64,000 bases of DNA from an uncultured bacterium (GCA_964413275.1 CAYPSO010000008.1:4565-68564), one strand, 5' to 3'; shown: positions 38,804 to 49,137, counted from the first letter of the stretch. Notes: a model not told the origin generated them from the letters alone. Numbers and translations: made by a program.

Positions 38804-39547
38804 ATGACTGCTCAATTATTAAGACCAATTACCGCAGAAAAATTAATTAAATTACCCCAACATATCGCCATTATTATGGATGGAAATGGGCGTTGGGCAA
38901 CTCAACGTCAACTACCAAGAATTGCTGGACATCGCCAAGGTGCAAAAACTTTAAAAAACATCTTACGCTATTGTAAAGATTTGGGAATTAAAACTTTAAC
39001 AGTATATGCTTTTTCTACTGAAAATTGGAATCGTCCAAAACAAGAAGTAAACTTTTTAATGGGTTTATTTAAAAATTTATTACAAACAGAATTATTAGAA
39101 ATGCACAAAGAAGGAGTTAGATTAAATTTATTAGGTGAGTTTAATTTATTGCCTAATTCTTTACAGCAAATTATGCAACAAGCCATACTTAAAACTAAAG
39201 ATAATCAAGAAATTTGTTTAAATATTGCTCTTAATTATGGCAGTCGTCAAGAAATTACTCAAGCTTGCAAAACTATTGCCGAGCAAGTAGAAAAAGGCTT
39301 AATAAAAGCAGAGGAAATTATTCCCGAATTATTAGAAAATTATCTCTATACCAAAGGAATGAGCGAACCAGATTTGTTAATTCGTACCAGTGGAGAAATG
39401 CGTTTAAGTAATTTTTTATTGTGGCAAATAGCTTATAGCGAAATTTATGTTACTAAGACTCTTTGGCCTGATTTTAATCCTAATGAATTGTATCAAGCTC
39501 TGTTAACTTATCAAAAAAGAAAGCGTCGTTTTGGTAAAATAAGGTAG
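38804..39547 (+). CDS. uppS: di-trans,poly-cis-decaprenyl/undecaprenyl diphosphate synthase
   Basis: Start taken at ATG 38804 (MTAQLL...). HIAIIMDGNGRWA, YAFSTENW, RTSGEMRLSNFLLWQ. The TTG-extended ORF from 38660 is probably not translated. Confidence 0.9.
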   Translation: MTAQLLRPITAEKLIKLPQHIAIIMDGNGRWATQRQLPRIAGHRQGAKTLKNILRYCKDLGIKTLTVYAFSTENWNRPKQEVNFLMGLFKNLLQTELLEMHKEGVRLNLLGEFNLLPNSLQQIMQQAILKTKDNQEICLNIALNYGSRQEITQACKTIAEQVEKGLIKAEEIIPELLENYLYTKGMSEPDLLIRTSGEMRLSNFLLWQIAYSEIYVTKTLWPDFNPNELYQALLTYQKRKRRFGKIR

Positions 39548-39562
39548 TTTTTCTATTAAATT

Positions 39563-40120
39563 TTACATTTTTAACCAACTAAAAACATCATTTACTGTTA
39601 GTTTTAAATCAATATTTTCTAATACAGGTAAAAGGTGATCGCCTCTCAATAATTTAACTCTTTGTTCGGGAAAAATAACTAAAACTGTTTCTTGTTCTGG
39701 GTCAATTAACCATCCTAATTGTGTCCCATATTCCGAACAATGTAATAAATTATCTAATACTTTAGTTTGACTTTGATCTGGTGATAAAATTTCAATAGAC
39801 CAATCTGGATAGGTTTCAAAACGATTAGCAATTTTACCTGTTTCCGTTAAAGGAATTCTTTCCCATTGAAAAATTACCACATCTGGAACAAGAGAGCGTC
39901 CGCCAAAAGTACAACGTAATTCTGGAAAAGCATAAGCAATTTTTGAGCTTTCAGTTATTTGATTAATTGCAGCACAAAGTTTATATTGAATTCGACTATG
40001 TTCTCCTTGTGGCATTGCTTTCTGGTGAATTTCTCCATTAATAAATTCTGATGCAGGTTTTGTTTCAGGAATTTGTAAAAATTCTTCCAAACTTAACTTA
40101 TATTTAGCTGTAGTGACCAT
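39563..40120 (-). CDS. Uma2 family endonuclease-like protein
   Basis: 185 aa; PDVVIF, PDWSIEILSP, LGWLIDP. Homolog of 2736..3299. Confidence 0.8.
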   Translation of the reverse strand: MVTTAKYKLSLEEFLQIPETKPASEFINGEIHQKAMPQGEHSRIQYKLCAAINQITESSKIAYAFPELRCTFGGRSLVPDVVIFQWERIPLTETGKIANRFETYPDWSIEILSPDQSQTKVLDNLLHCSEYGTQLGWLIDPEQETVLVIFPEQRVKLLRGDHLLPVLENIDLKLTVNDVFSWLKM

Positions 40121-40189
40121 TTTAAAAACCTTAAATTAATTAAGTCTATTAAAATAATTATATTTGATAAATCAAAAAATATAATATTT

Positions 40190-40339
40190 GTAAGTTGGGT
40201 TGAGGATCGAAACTCAACCATATATAATAATAGATACTGTATGCTTAAATAGGCCTAATAAATATTAAAAAAACCAAAAAAATAAATCCAAGTTATTAAT
40301 GCTTTGTGTTGGGTTTCACTTTCGTTCAACCCAACCTAC
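40190..40339. mobile_element. MITE-like element, family D (GTAAGTTGGGTTGA...TCAACCCAACCTAC)
   Basis: About 14-bp terminal inverted repeats, each with a subterminal hairpin; 150 bp total. Confidence 0.55.
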
Positions 40340-40460
40340 GATAAATGTCCTCCACTCACTAGCCAATTGAATTAACGTTACAGAAGATTAAGAGAGGAAA
40401 TTTAGGGGAGGCGATCGCCTTAAACTGGAAATATAATTAAGCAAATTTTTTCAATACATT

Positions 40461-41444
40461 ATGTTTCCCATTAGTCGCCCTCGCCGTCTCCGTCAAAATT
40501 CCCAAATCCGTCGCATGGTTAGGGAAAATATTCTTACTACTAATGATCTAATTTATCCTCTTTTTGCTGTACCCGGAGAATCCATTGCTAAAGAAGTCAA
40601 ATCTATGCCCGGAGTCTATCAACTTTCCGTTGATAAAATCGTTGCTGAAGCTAAGGAAGTTTACGATTTAGGCATTCCTGCAATTATTCTTTTTGGTATT
40701 CCTGAAAACAAAGATGATGAAGCGACAGGCGCTTGGCATGATTGCGGAATAGTTCAAAAAGCAACCACTGCCGTAAAAGAAGCCCTACCAGATTTAATCG
40801 TGATTAACGATACTTGTCTGTGTGAATATACCACCAGTGGGCATTGTGGCTATCTAGAAGTAGGGGATTTAACGGGAAGAGTATTAAACGATCCTACCTT
40901 AGAATTACTCAAAAAAACCGCCGTTTCTCAAGCTAAAGCCGGAGCAGATATTATTGCACCTTCAGGCATGATGGATGGCTTTGTACAAGCAATTCGGGAA
41001 GGTTTAGACGAGGCTGGTTTTGAAAATATCCCGATTTTATCCTATGCGGCTAAATACGCTTCTGCTTATTATGGGCCATTTCGTGACGCTGCGGAATCTT
41101 CCCCTCAACACGGCGATAGACGCACCTATCAAATGGATCCGGCTAACGGTAGAGAAGCCCTGAAAGAGGTAGAATTAGATATAGCTGAAGGTGCGGACAT
41201 GATTATGGTTAAGCCTGCTTTATCTTACATGGATATAATTTGGCGAGTTAAGGAAATTACCGATTTACCCGTAGCTGCCTATAACGTTTCCGGTGAATAT
41301 TCCATGATTAAAGCCGCCGCTTTAAATGGCTGGATTGATGAGAAAAAAGTCGCCCTAGAAACCCTAACCAGTTTCAAACGTGCTGGAGCAGATTTAATTT
41401 TAACTTACCATGCTAAAGATGCAGCCCGTTGGTTACAGGAATAA
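40461..41444 (+). CDS. hemB: porphobilinogen synthase (delta-aminolevulinic acid dehydratase)
   Basis: 327 aa. Cys-rich metal site [14 protein letters not shown]. Schiff-base lysine region IMVKPAL. Confidence 0.95.
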   Translation: MFPISRPRRLRQNSQIRRMVRENILTTNDLIYPLFAVPGESIAKEVKSMPGVYQLSVDKIVAEAKEVYDLGIPAIILFGIPENKDDEATGAWHDCGIVQKATTAVKEALPDLIVINDTCLCEYTTSGHCGYLEVGDLTGRVLNDPTLELLKKTAVSQAKAGADIIAPSGMMDGFVQAIREGLDEAGFENIPILSYAAKYASAYYGPFRDAAESSPQHGDRRTYQMDPANGREALKEVELDIAEGADMIMVKPALSYMDIIWRVKEITDLPVAAYNVSGEYSMIKAAALNGWIDEKKVALETLTSFKRAGADLILTYHAKDAARWLQE

Positions 41445-41456
41445 ATAAGTTTGTAG

Positions 41457-41474
41457 TAAGCCCTTTAGGGCTTA
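41457..41474. terminator. palindrome TAAGCCCTTTAGGGCTTA shared by convergent hemB and the DUF1092 gene
   Basis: Identical to 17257..17274. Overlaps the last codons of the minus-strand gene. Confidence 0.5.
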
Positions 41475-42295
41475 TCTTCTTTTAATAACCAAAAACCGGA
41501 GTAAGTCATGCCTGAATCATCAGGTTGAACTAATAAAAAATGTAATCCTTTACTTTCATTTTGACGCTGCTGATATATCTGAGCCGCCTTAGCAAATTCT
41601 TCATCTTCAAAAGTTAATAACACAAATCTATCAACTAATCCTGCTTCTAAAATTAATCCTCCAGAAACTCCTATTTCAGTCACCATATAATTAAGGGAAT
41701 ATGGCTTAACTTCTGCTAACCATTGTGCTAACTGTAATGATTTTCTACCACCAAAAATCACTACTCCGGGTATGGGAATATTAGAAGAAATGCCAAGATT
41801 AATGGGAAATAAATTTTCTGGCAAATTTCTAATGGGAATAGGCTGATTTATAAATATTTCTACAATCTCCCCGGCATTAATACTAGCAAAACGCCATTCT
41901 TCACCCCAAAGATTTTCTGGTAAAGGTAAAGGTGCTGGTTTTTCTAACTTTGTAGGGTCATATTTTTCTCCTGTGGGCGTATATTGAGAGGCTCTTTTTT
42001 TGAGAAGATTTTTTAATGCTTTTGTACGTCTGGTTGGTTCAATTCTAATGCCTAACTTTTCACCAGCAGCAGTTAATAAACTGACAGATTGTGGACGAAA
42101 AACCTGAATAACATCTGGTAATTTATTTAGGGATTTTAAATTATCTATTAACCAAGCTACAGTAGCCTGAGATTGACTACATTTAGCTTCATAAATTATA
42201 TTTTCTTTTTCATCGCAAATTAATAATTCCCAAATCAAATTACCTTGTTCATCTTTTAAAAGGCGTTTATAAAAATCAGCTTGCCAAATGTTCAT
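41465..42295 (-). CDS. DUF1092 / Tab2-like RNA-binding protein
   Basis: 276 aa; the N-terminus MNIWQADFYKRLLKDEQGNLIWELLICD resembles the Tab2 family from memory. Confidence 0.55.
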   Translation of the reverse strand: MNIWQADFYKRLLKDEQGNLIWELLICDEKENIIYEAKCSQSQATVAWLIDNLKSLNKLPDVIQVFRPQSVSLLTAAGEKLGIRIEPTRRTKALKNLLKKRASQYTPTGEKYDPTKLEKPAPLPLPENLWGEEWRFASINAGEIVEIFINQPIPIRNLPENLFPINLGISSNIPIPGVVIFGGRKSLQLAQWLAEVKPYSLNYMVTEIGVSGGLILEAGLVDRFVLLTFEDEEFAKAAQIYQQRQNESKGLHFLLVQPDDSGMTYSGFWLLKEDKP

Positions 42296-42372
42296 TAGTT
42301 ATTAGTTATTTATTTTTAGCGGTTAGCTTTTAGCGGTTAATAGTTACCTAATCCCCAATCCCCTAATCCCCC
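42295..42372. repeat. 11-unit phased heptanucleotide array (TTAGTTA x2 ... TTAGCGG, TTAGCTT, TTAGCGG ... ATCCCCA, ATCCCCT, AATCCCC)
   Basis: Unbroken 7-nt phase from the start codon of the DUF1092 gene. It grades into a C-rich tract. Confidence 0.8.
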
Positions 42373-42444
42373 ATCTACCTTATCTTCCCCCTACACCCTA
42401 TTCCCTCTCACCTCTTACCTCCTGCCCTCTAATTACCTCTTACC

Positions 42445-43728
42445 TTAAATCAAATTTAGTTGTCTATTTTCCGACTCTTCACTTACTTCTAAATTAATAA
42501 TTTCCTCATCTGCCAGCATAATTTCTGCTGCTTCTAATAAATAGGGAACTAACTCTCGTAAATCTTCCCTATTATCTAAATAGGTTTTTAATGCTTCCAA
42601 TGGATTAAGATTATTACCTACACCTAATTCAGGAAGACGAGGACGAGCTAATTGACTTACTAATTCTGGTTTAATAGTATAATTATGACTATCTTGCAAA
42701 GCTTCATTTAAAACAGAATAATTAATTAATTCTAATTGTTCCGAACGAAGTTGATAAATTAACCTCACTACTGCATCTTGAATTTCATGTTTTTTAATAG
42801 CTTTAAGAATAGCTAATTCTGGCTCATCTTCCTCACAAACATTAACTTCAATAGTACAAAACTTACGAGCAGGTAAAGGACAAAATTTCCAATCTACATT
42901 CCCTTTTTCTAACTCAATAAATACATAACCCTTATCTTCTTTTTCCTCAGAAAAATCTACCCTTTCAATACTTCCGGGATAAATAATTGGTGGATTATTA
43001 GACTTATTTAGATTTTGATGTTTGTGGACATGACCTAATGCTACATAATCTATTTCTGGACGTATTAATAATGATATAGGAATATTAAAACCTTTACCCA
43101 CTGCTAAAAACCTTTCTGCTCCTAAATTAGCCTTATCAGCCATTAAATGTCCTAATAAAATTGTCGGAATAGTCGGATCTAAATGGCGTATTTCTGACTC
43201 TAAAACAGGCTTAAGACGCTGGATAATTAATTCATTAATTTGGGCTAAAGATAAACCCTCAGTTTGGGGGCGAGTTAACAGAGTTGAGCGGGTTAACCAA
43301 GGTAAAGTAATTACTTGAACATTACCATTTTTAGTAGTAATACAGTGAGTTTTAATGCTATCACCGACAAGAAAACCGGGGACTCCCAAGGTACGATAAA
43401 TACATAAGCTCACCCCTCCATTACCTTGGGAATGTTGATCGTGATTGCCAACTAACAAAATTGTTGGAATTTGTGCATCGGCTAAACGACGAAACTCAGA
43501 AGCGAAAGCTTCTTGTACATAGGGAGGAGGAGTTGCATCAGGAAAAGCATCTCCAGCAAATAAGACTAAATCTACTGGCTCGTTAATAGCTCTATCGATA
43601 CAGATACTTAGGGTTTTTACAAAATCTTCCAAGCGGGTATTAATCCCAGTTTCGGGATTAACATTACCGTGAGAAAAGCTACTACCCATGTGAATATCGG
43701 CTAAATGTAAAATTTTAATCATTACCAA
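42445..43728 (-). CDS. sbcD: SbcD/Mre11-family DNA repair exonuclease
   Basis: 427 aa. Metallophosphoesterase motifs LHLADIHMG, FAGDAF, GNHD, GHLM, GHVH. Confidence 0.8.
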   Translation of the reverse strand: MVMIKILHLADIHMGSSFSHGNVNPETGINTRLEDFVKTLSICIDRAINEPVDLVLFAGDAFPDATPPPYVQEAFASEFRRLADAQIPTILLVGNHDQHSQGNGGVSLCIYRTLGVPGFLVGDSIKTHCITTKNGNVQVITLPWLTRSTLLTRPQTEGLSLAQINELIIQRLKPVLESEIRHLDPTIPTILLGHLMADKANLGAERFLAVGKGFNIPISLLIRPEIDYVALGHVHKHQNLNKSNNPPIIYPGSIERVDFSEEKEDKGYVFIELEKGNVDWKFCPLPARKFCTIEVNVCEEDEPELAILKAIKKHEIQDAVVRLIYQLRSEQLELINYSVLNEALQDSHNYTIKPELVSQLARPRLPELGVGNNLNPLEALKTYLDNREDLRELVPYLLEAAEIMLADEEIINLEVSEESENRQLNLI

Positions 43729-43767
43729 GGTTTGGTGAGTTGTTGAGTCAACATATTGAGATTTTTA

Positions 43768-44445
43768 TCAGCCAAAGTGCGATCGCGTAGCGGCAGGCAT
43801 TGCCTGATCACCAATATCCGTATAGCCTTCATCATGGAGAGGATTATACACTAAATCGTGTTCGTAACTATAAGCCCAGCTTTCTGTGCGTGTCCAATAA
43901 GCTAAGGGATTAATTTTTAATCTGCCTTCTCTATCTTTTTCAAAAACAGGTAATTCTTCGCTATTTAGAGATTGCTGACGACGACGATTACTAATCCAAG
44001 CTAGAGCCTTTAAATCGTTTAATCCTCTGGTTAAAGGTTCTATTTGCGTCAAATATTGATATTTTTTCAGGTCTTTATTCCAAAGGTTTTTTCCATATTT
44101 ATTGGCAAAACTTGCTTCAGAATTTGCTTCCATAACCTGATAAACTTTTAGCTCCAAATTATAAATTTTTTGAGTATAATTTACTAGCTGTAAAGTTTCT
44201 GGAAAGTGGTGTAAAGTATCCACAAATAATACTGGTGTTGGATTTATTGGTTTTAAATTACGATATAAAATATCTGTAATTACCAAATCATCAATATTAA
44301 ACGTACTAACTTGTATTAATCTATTAGGTAGATTGGCTATACACCAAGCTAATATCCTTTTGGGATCGGATTTCTCAAACTTTCGGTTGAGGTAATTTAA
44401 GTCCAAATTAGCAATGTCCAGGGGCGCTAGTGTGGATTCGCTCAT
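43768..44445 (-). CDS. PAPS-reductase (CysH)-family protein lacking the C-terminal ECGLH catalytic tail
   Basis: 225 aa. YNPLHDEGYTDIGDQ aligns with CysH YNPLWDEGYLSVGD, but the protein stops 11 residues later and has no C-terminal Cys. Confidence 0.7.
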   Translation of the reverse strand: MSESTLAPLDIANLDLNYLNRKFEKSDPKRILAWCIANLPNRLIQVSTFNIDDLVITDILYRNLKPINPTPVLFVDTLHHFPETLQLVNYTQKIYNLELKVYQVMEANSEASFANKYGKNLWNKDLKKYQYLTQIEPLTRGLNDLKALAWISNRRRQQSLNSEELPVFEKDREGRLKINPLAYWTRTESWAYSYEHDLVYNPLHDEGYTDIGDQAMPAATRSHFG

Positions 44446-44695
44446 AGTTATTAATTTCGACGCTAATTATTTGATGAACATTTACAATTTTATACTATCA
44501 AATGAAATTAAATCCTAAGAAAAAAAATATTTAAAAAAAAAATATTGAGTTATTTATATTTTTTGTTACAATAGGTAGGATAGTTTTTTAACCTTATCAA
44601 AGATAACTAGCATAAATAATAGTTAAAAATCAAGATAATCTTTACATAACTTAATGAAAGTTTTATGATAATTTATATATAAAAATTTACTGATT

Positions 44696-44953
44696 ATGCA
44701 CTTAATTCTATATAGTAAACCCGGTTGTCATTTGTGTGAAGGATTGCAAGAAAAGTTAGAAAAGATTGACAATCTGGAGATAGAGTTAGAAATACGAGAC
44801 ATAACCACAAGAGATGATTGGTTTGAAGCATATCAGTACGAGATACCAGTATTATTACAAAAAATAGATGGTATGAAGAAACCTATACCTCGTCCATCTC
44901 CTCGCCTAACAGTTACCCAATTGGAGCGTATGTTACAAAAATATAGCAGTTAG
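44696..44953 (+). CDS. glutaredoxin-like protein (DUF836 type)
   Basis: 85 aa; LYSKPGCHLCEGL CxxC motif. Confidence 0.65.
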   Translation: MHLILYSKPGCHLCEGLQEKLEKIDNLEIELEIRDITTRDDWFEAYQYEIPVLLQKIDGMKKPIPRPSPRLTVTQLERMLQKYSS

Positions 44954-44991
44954 CTTTTAGCGGTTAGCGTTTAGCGATTAGCATTCATTCT
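44950..44991. repeat. heptanucleotide array (TTAGCTT TTAGCGG TTAGCGT TTAGCGA TTAGCAT TCATTCT)
   Basis: The first unit supplies the TAG stop (44951-44953) of the glutaredoxin-like gene. Confidence 0.85.
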
Positions 44992-45077
44992 TCTAACTAC
45001 TATGATTCAACTGCTATATTTGGCATAATATTAAGAAAAAATATAGCCAAAAATCCGGTGTTGAGGAGTCAAATTGC

Positions 45078-46565
45078 ATGAAACTGCGGAACTTACTGAC
45101 AAAAATTGATGGTATTTTAAATAAATCCGAACATTCTGCATTAGATGTTGAAGTTAAAGGGCTTTCTACTAATTCCCATGGTTGCAAAGCTGGTGATTTA
45201 TTCATTGGTATGCCGGGGAGTCGGGTTGATGGTGGTGAATTTTGGCAAAGTGCAATTAATGCTGGTGCTATCGCTGCTATAGTTACGCCTCAAGCGGCTG
45301 AAAAATTTCCTCCTAATGATGATTACTGCGTTATTCAAGTCGCTGATATGATTACGGCTTGTGCGGAAATAGCCACAGTTTTTAATAACTATCCCAGTCA
45401 AAAACTCAAAATGGTGGGTGTAACTGGTACTAATGGGAAAACAACTACTAGCCATTTAATTGAATATTTTCTTAATCAAAGTGAGTTACCAACGGCTTTA
45501 CTCGGAACTCTCTATTCACGTTGGCAAGGCCACCAACAAACTGCCTTACATACTACTCCCTTTGCGGTGGAATTACAAGGGCAGCTAGAATCAGCTTATC
45601 AAGCTGGTTGTGAATATACGGTAATGGAAGTAAGCTCCCATGCCTTGGCTCAAGGAAGGGTTTTGGGTTGTAATTTTGAAGTAGGAGTATTTACCAATTT
45701 AACTCAAGATCATCTTGATTTTCACGCCGATATGGAGGATTATTTTGCGGCGAAAGCTCTTTTATTTAGCGTGGATTATTTGAAAGGAAGAGCGATTATT
45801 AATAAAGATGACACCTATGGACAAAGATTGTTAGAAGGCCGTGATCTTAATAAAACTTGGAGTTACAGTATTAACGATACAACTGCGGATTTTTATACCA
45901 GCGATTTGAATTATCAAGCCAATGGGGTAAGGGGAATGTTACACACTCCTATGGGTAAGGTTGAATTTAGCTCTCCCTTGGTTGGACAATTTAACCTGTC
46001 TAATGTTTTAGCTGCGGTTGCTGCGGTGTTACATTTAGGCTTAGATTTAGAAAAAGTTATTGAGTCTTTAACTAATTTTACTGGAGTGCCGGGGCGGATG
46101 GAAAGGGTAGAAATTACTCCAGAGCAGGATATTACTGTAATTGTCGATTATGCTCATACTCCTGATAGTTTAGAAAATTTGCTGAAAGCTTCTCGCCCTT
46201 TCATTCAGGGTAAAATGATTTGTGTCTTTGGTTGTGGGGGGGATAGAGATAAGACAAAACGCCCCCTGATGGGTAAAATTGCGGCGGAATTAGCGGATGT
46301 GGTGGTAGTGACTTCTGATAATCCTCGTACAGAAAATCCCCAGAAAATTTTAGAGAATGTGGTGGCGGGTATCCCTGATAGTGTAACACCAATAGTAGAA
46401 AGCGATCGCTCCTTGGCTATTGAAACTGCCATCAAAGATGCTCAACCGGGGGATGGGGTATTAATTGCCGGAAAAGGCCATGAAGATTACCAAATTTTAG
46501 GTACAGAAAAAATTCACTTTGACGATCGCGAACAGGCTAGAAAAGCTTTAGAATTGTACAGGTAA
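45078..46565 (+). CDS. murE: UDP-N-acetylmuramoyl-L-alanyl-D-glutamate--2,6-diaminopimelate ligase
   Basis: 495 aa; GVTGTNGKTTT, DNPR motif (TSDNPRTE), GKGHEDYQ. Confidence 0.95.
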   Translation: MKLRNLLTKIDGILNKSEHSALDVEVKGLSTNSHGCKAGDLFIGMPGSRVDGGEFWQSAINAGAIAAIVTPQAAEKFPPNDDYCVIQVADMITACAEIATVFNNYPSQKLKMVGVTGTNGKTTTSHLIEYFLNQSELPTALLGTLYSRWQGHQQTALHTTPFAVELQGQLESAYQAGCEYTVMEVSSHALAQGRVLGCNFEVGVFTNLTQDHLDFHADMEDYFAAKALLFSVDYLKGRAIINKDDTYGQRLLEGRDLNKTWSYSINDTTADFYTSDLNYQANGVRGMLHTPMGKVEFSSPLVGQFNLSNVLAAVAAVLHLGLDLEKVIESLTNFTGVPGRMERVEITPEQDITVIVDYAHTPDSLENLLKASRPFIQGKMICVFGCGGDRDKTKRPLMGKIAAELADVVVVTSDNPRTENPQKILENVVAGIPDSVTPIVESDRSLAIETAIKDAQPGDGVLIAGKGHEDYQILGTEKIHFDDREQARKALELYR

Positions 46566-46604
46566 AATATCTGCTCCACTGAGTCTTAAAGTGTAAAATA
46601 CTCT

Positions 46605-46623
46605 AGCAGGCATTTTGCCTGCT
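46605..46623. terminator. palindrome AGCAGGCATTTTGCCTGCT after murE
   Basis: 8-bp stem; reverse orientation of the 20272..20290 palindrome. Confidence 0.4.
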
Positions 46624-46655
46624 TCATCTTTACTAAGATAATTATTAATTAGAAA

Positions 46656-47762
46656 ATGGCACAAAAAAATTTAAAAGAATTATTAAAACAAAAATTTCCC
46701 CAAATAACTAATTTTTATAAACAAATTACTGCGAAAAAATGGCCCAAAGGTTCGATTGTTTTTTATACAGGTAATCGTAAAGATGAATTAGCTTTTGACA
46801 CCTTAAAAAAAGGTGCAAGTGGTTCATATACCGCCGTGATTAAACTCAGCCAAGAATGGGCTAAAATGGGTTATCAAGTTACTATTTATAGTCCCTGTGG
46901 TGGTAAATCAGGTACTTATGATGGTGTCGAATATATTAATCAATATTTATTTAATCCTTTCGATACTTTTGATATTCTCATAATTTTTCAACATCCTTAT
47001 ATTTTACCACTTCCTATTAAAGCGAGAAAAGTTTGCTTAGAATGGCAAGATGTTCTTGGTAACAATAAAAACTTTCCTAAAGAAAAATTAGAAAAATTTG
47101 ATATTATTTTTTCTAAGTCTCAATATCAACGCAAGTTAATGCCATTTATAGATGATGATAAATTTGTAATGGCTACTAACGGTATTGATTCTACTATTGC
47201 AGAATTAAGTAATAAGAAAAAAGAACCATATAAGCTAATATACGCTTCTCGATATTACCGAGGTTTAGAATCCATGTTAACCTACGGATGGCCAATTATT
47301 AAAAGAGAAATTCCTCAAGCAGAATTACATATATATTACGGTTTTGTTCGTCGAGAAAAAGCTCAATGGAAACAAAAAATGTTGGATTTAATGAAGCAAG
47401 ATGGAATATTTGAACATGGTTTAATTGGACAAGATAAGTTAATTGTACAAAAGTCAACTGCTAGTATTCATTATTATGCTTGTACTTATCCAGAGGTTGA
47501 TTGTATTTCTGTGCGAGAATCGGCTATGGTAGGATGCGTACCAGTTACTACTGATTTTGCGGTAATGTCAGAAAAAAATTACTGTGTCAAAATACCCGGT
47601 GAGCCTCAAGCTCAAGAAACCCAAGAAGCGGTTGCCTACAAAATAGTTGAATTGTTAAAAAATCCCCAAGAATTAGAGTTAATTAGACAGCAATTTATGG
47701 AAAATGTTAAAGATGAAACTTGGGAAAATGTAGCAAAAATTTGGGCCAAAAATTTTGAATAA
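46656..47762 (+). CDS. putative GT-B glycosyltransferase
   Basis: 368 aa with a weak GT1/GT4-like C-terminal half (VRESAMVGCVPVTTDF). Confidence 0.5.
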   Translation: MAQKNLKELLKQKFPQITNFYKQITAKKWPKGSIVFYTGNRKDELAFDTLKKGASGSYTAVIKLSQEWAKMGYQVTIYSPCGGKSGTYDGVEYINQYLFNPFDTFDILIIFQHPYILPLPIKARKVCLEWQDVLGNNKNFPKEKLEKFDIIFSKSQYQRKLMPFIDDDKFVMATNGIDSTIAELSNKKKEPYKLIYASRYYRGLESMLTYGWPIIKREIPQAELHIYYGFVRREKAQWKQKMLDLMKQDGIFEHGLIGQDKLIVQKSTASIHYYACTYPEVDCISVRESAMVGCVPVTTDFAVMSEKNYCVKIPGEPQAQETQEAVAYKIVELLKNPQELELIRQQFMENVKDETWENVAKIWAKNFE

Positions 47763-47776
47763 ATCTATTAATAATT

Positions 47777-49033
47777 ATGAGATTAATAATCCCCCTTGAA
47801 TTTTACAGACATGGAGGAATAGAGAGAGTTATTGTCTCTTTAATCCGAGAAATGACCAGTCAGATAGAGAAAATTATTCTGGTGCTTCCTCCTAATAAAA
47901 TTAATTATTTTAAAAATTTATTACCTAACTCAGAAGTTATTATTTATGAGTCAATTAGTTTAGATAATAAGTCTATTGAATTAAAATATCTTGGTTTAGT
48001 AAATAGTTTATTCTCTTTATCTAAAAAGTTTAAATTAGATTTGATTAGTAAAAAATTGGCTAATTTTAAAAATCAATATCGAATTGAAGCACGCTTAAAT
48101 CAGCTAATCGACAAATATCAGGCAACCCATTGTTTATATGTATTAACCAATAATGTACCTATACCGAAATTAAGGATACGTTTAGGGATGATTAGCCATG
48201 ATGTTTTTTGGAGATTTTCACCTCTAAATTATACAGAGCAGTACAAAAAAAAATATGATGATAGTTTATTAGAATGGTTAAATTCAGTAGATATTGTTTT
48301 TGCCGTTTCTGAAAAAACTAGACAAGATATATTATCATTATTTCCTGATTTTACTGATAAAATTAAAACCGTGCCAAATGCAAGTAATTTTTATATAAAT
48401 GATTATTTTGGTACAAATAATAATGAAACTATTTTCTATTTTCCTTCTTCATTTGGTATATATAAAGATCAGTTAATTTTACTCAAAGCCGGAATTGATT
48501 TAGCAAAAAAAGGACTAAATTTTAAGATTGTTTTAACAGGTAAAGAAACTGATAGTTTTATTAATGGTAAATTATCCTTATCTCAGCAATCTTCAACTCA
48601 AGAATATCAAAATTATTTACACAAATGTCAGCAAGTTTATCAAGAAAATAAAGAAATTATCGAACAGTATTTTTTAGGGTTAGGATATGGTAGCGAGGAA
48701 TCAGTGGAAAATTGGTATAGTAAGGCTGCTTGTGTGGTTGTACCATCAAAATATGAAGGTTTTGGTTTAGCTCTATCGGAAGCGATTGTGAGAGGATTAC
48801 CTGTTATTTGTTCTAATTTGCAAGTGTTTCAAGAACAAGTAGCATTATATAAATGTGATGATAGAGTAGAATTTTTTCATACTGGTGATGTGGATAGTTT
48901 GGTGGATGCAATGGAAAAATTTATAATTAATCCTAAAGCTAAATTATCTGAAACAGAAATTCAAAACAGATTTAGTCATTGGACTTGGAAAGAAGTAGCT
49001 GAAAATTATATTAAGCTATTGCAACAAATTTAA
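47777..49033 (+). CDS. glycosyltransferase family 4-like
   Basis: 418 aa; VVPSKYEGFGLALSEAIVRGLPVICSN. Confidence 0.7.
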   Translation: MRLIIPLEFYRHGGIERVIVSLIREMTSQIEKIILVLPPNKINYFKNLLPNSEVIIYESISLDNKSIELKYLGLVNSLFSLSKKFKLDLISKKLANFKNQYRIEARLNQLIDKYQATHCLYVLTNNVPIPKLRIRLGMISHDVFWRFSPLNYTEQYKKKYDDSLLEWLNSVDIVFAVSEKTRQDILSLFPDFTDKIKTVPNASNFYINDYFGTNNNETIFYFPSSFGIYKDQLILLKAGIDLAKKGLNFKIVLTGKETDSFINGKLSLSQQSSTQEYQNYLHKCQQVYQENKEIIEQYFLGLGYGSEESVENWYSKAACVVVPSKYEGFGLALSEAIVRGLPVICSNLQVFQEQVALYKCDDRVEFFHTGDVDSLVDAMEKFIINPKAKLSETEIQNRFSHWTWKEVAENYIKLLQQI

Positions 49034-49071
49034 GTGATAGCAGTTTTCTCTTATTTAGATCATATTGCGTT

Positions 49072-49137
49072 TAGGGTGGGCAAATTATTAATTATAGTTG
49101 TTTGAATCCCGTATTTAAAAATATTTGCCCACCCTAC
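49072..49137. mobile_element. MITE-like element, family A (TAGGGTGGGCAAAT...ATTTGCCCACCCTAC)
   Basis: Terminal inverted repeats as in 28191..28257. Confidence 0.7.

Noticed and set aside
43768-44445. PAPS-reductase-family gene as the missing BrxP/SspD partner of the DUF4007 locus
   Set aside because: It is more than 11 kb away among housekeeping genes. It is CysH-sized rather than DndC/SspD/BrxP-sized, and there is no operon link. It is treated as a separate observation.
45198-46435. Minus-strand ORFs inside murE (45198..45455, 46201..46392, 46205..46435) and 45014..45205
   Set aside because: They are shadow ORFs antisense to a full-length MurE with canonical motifs.
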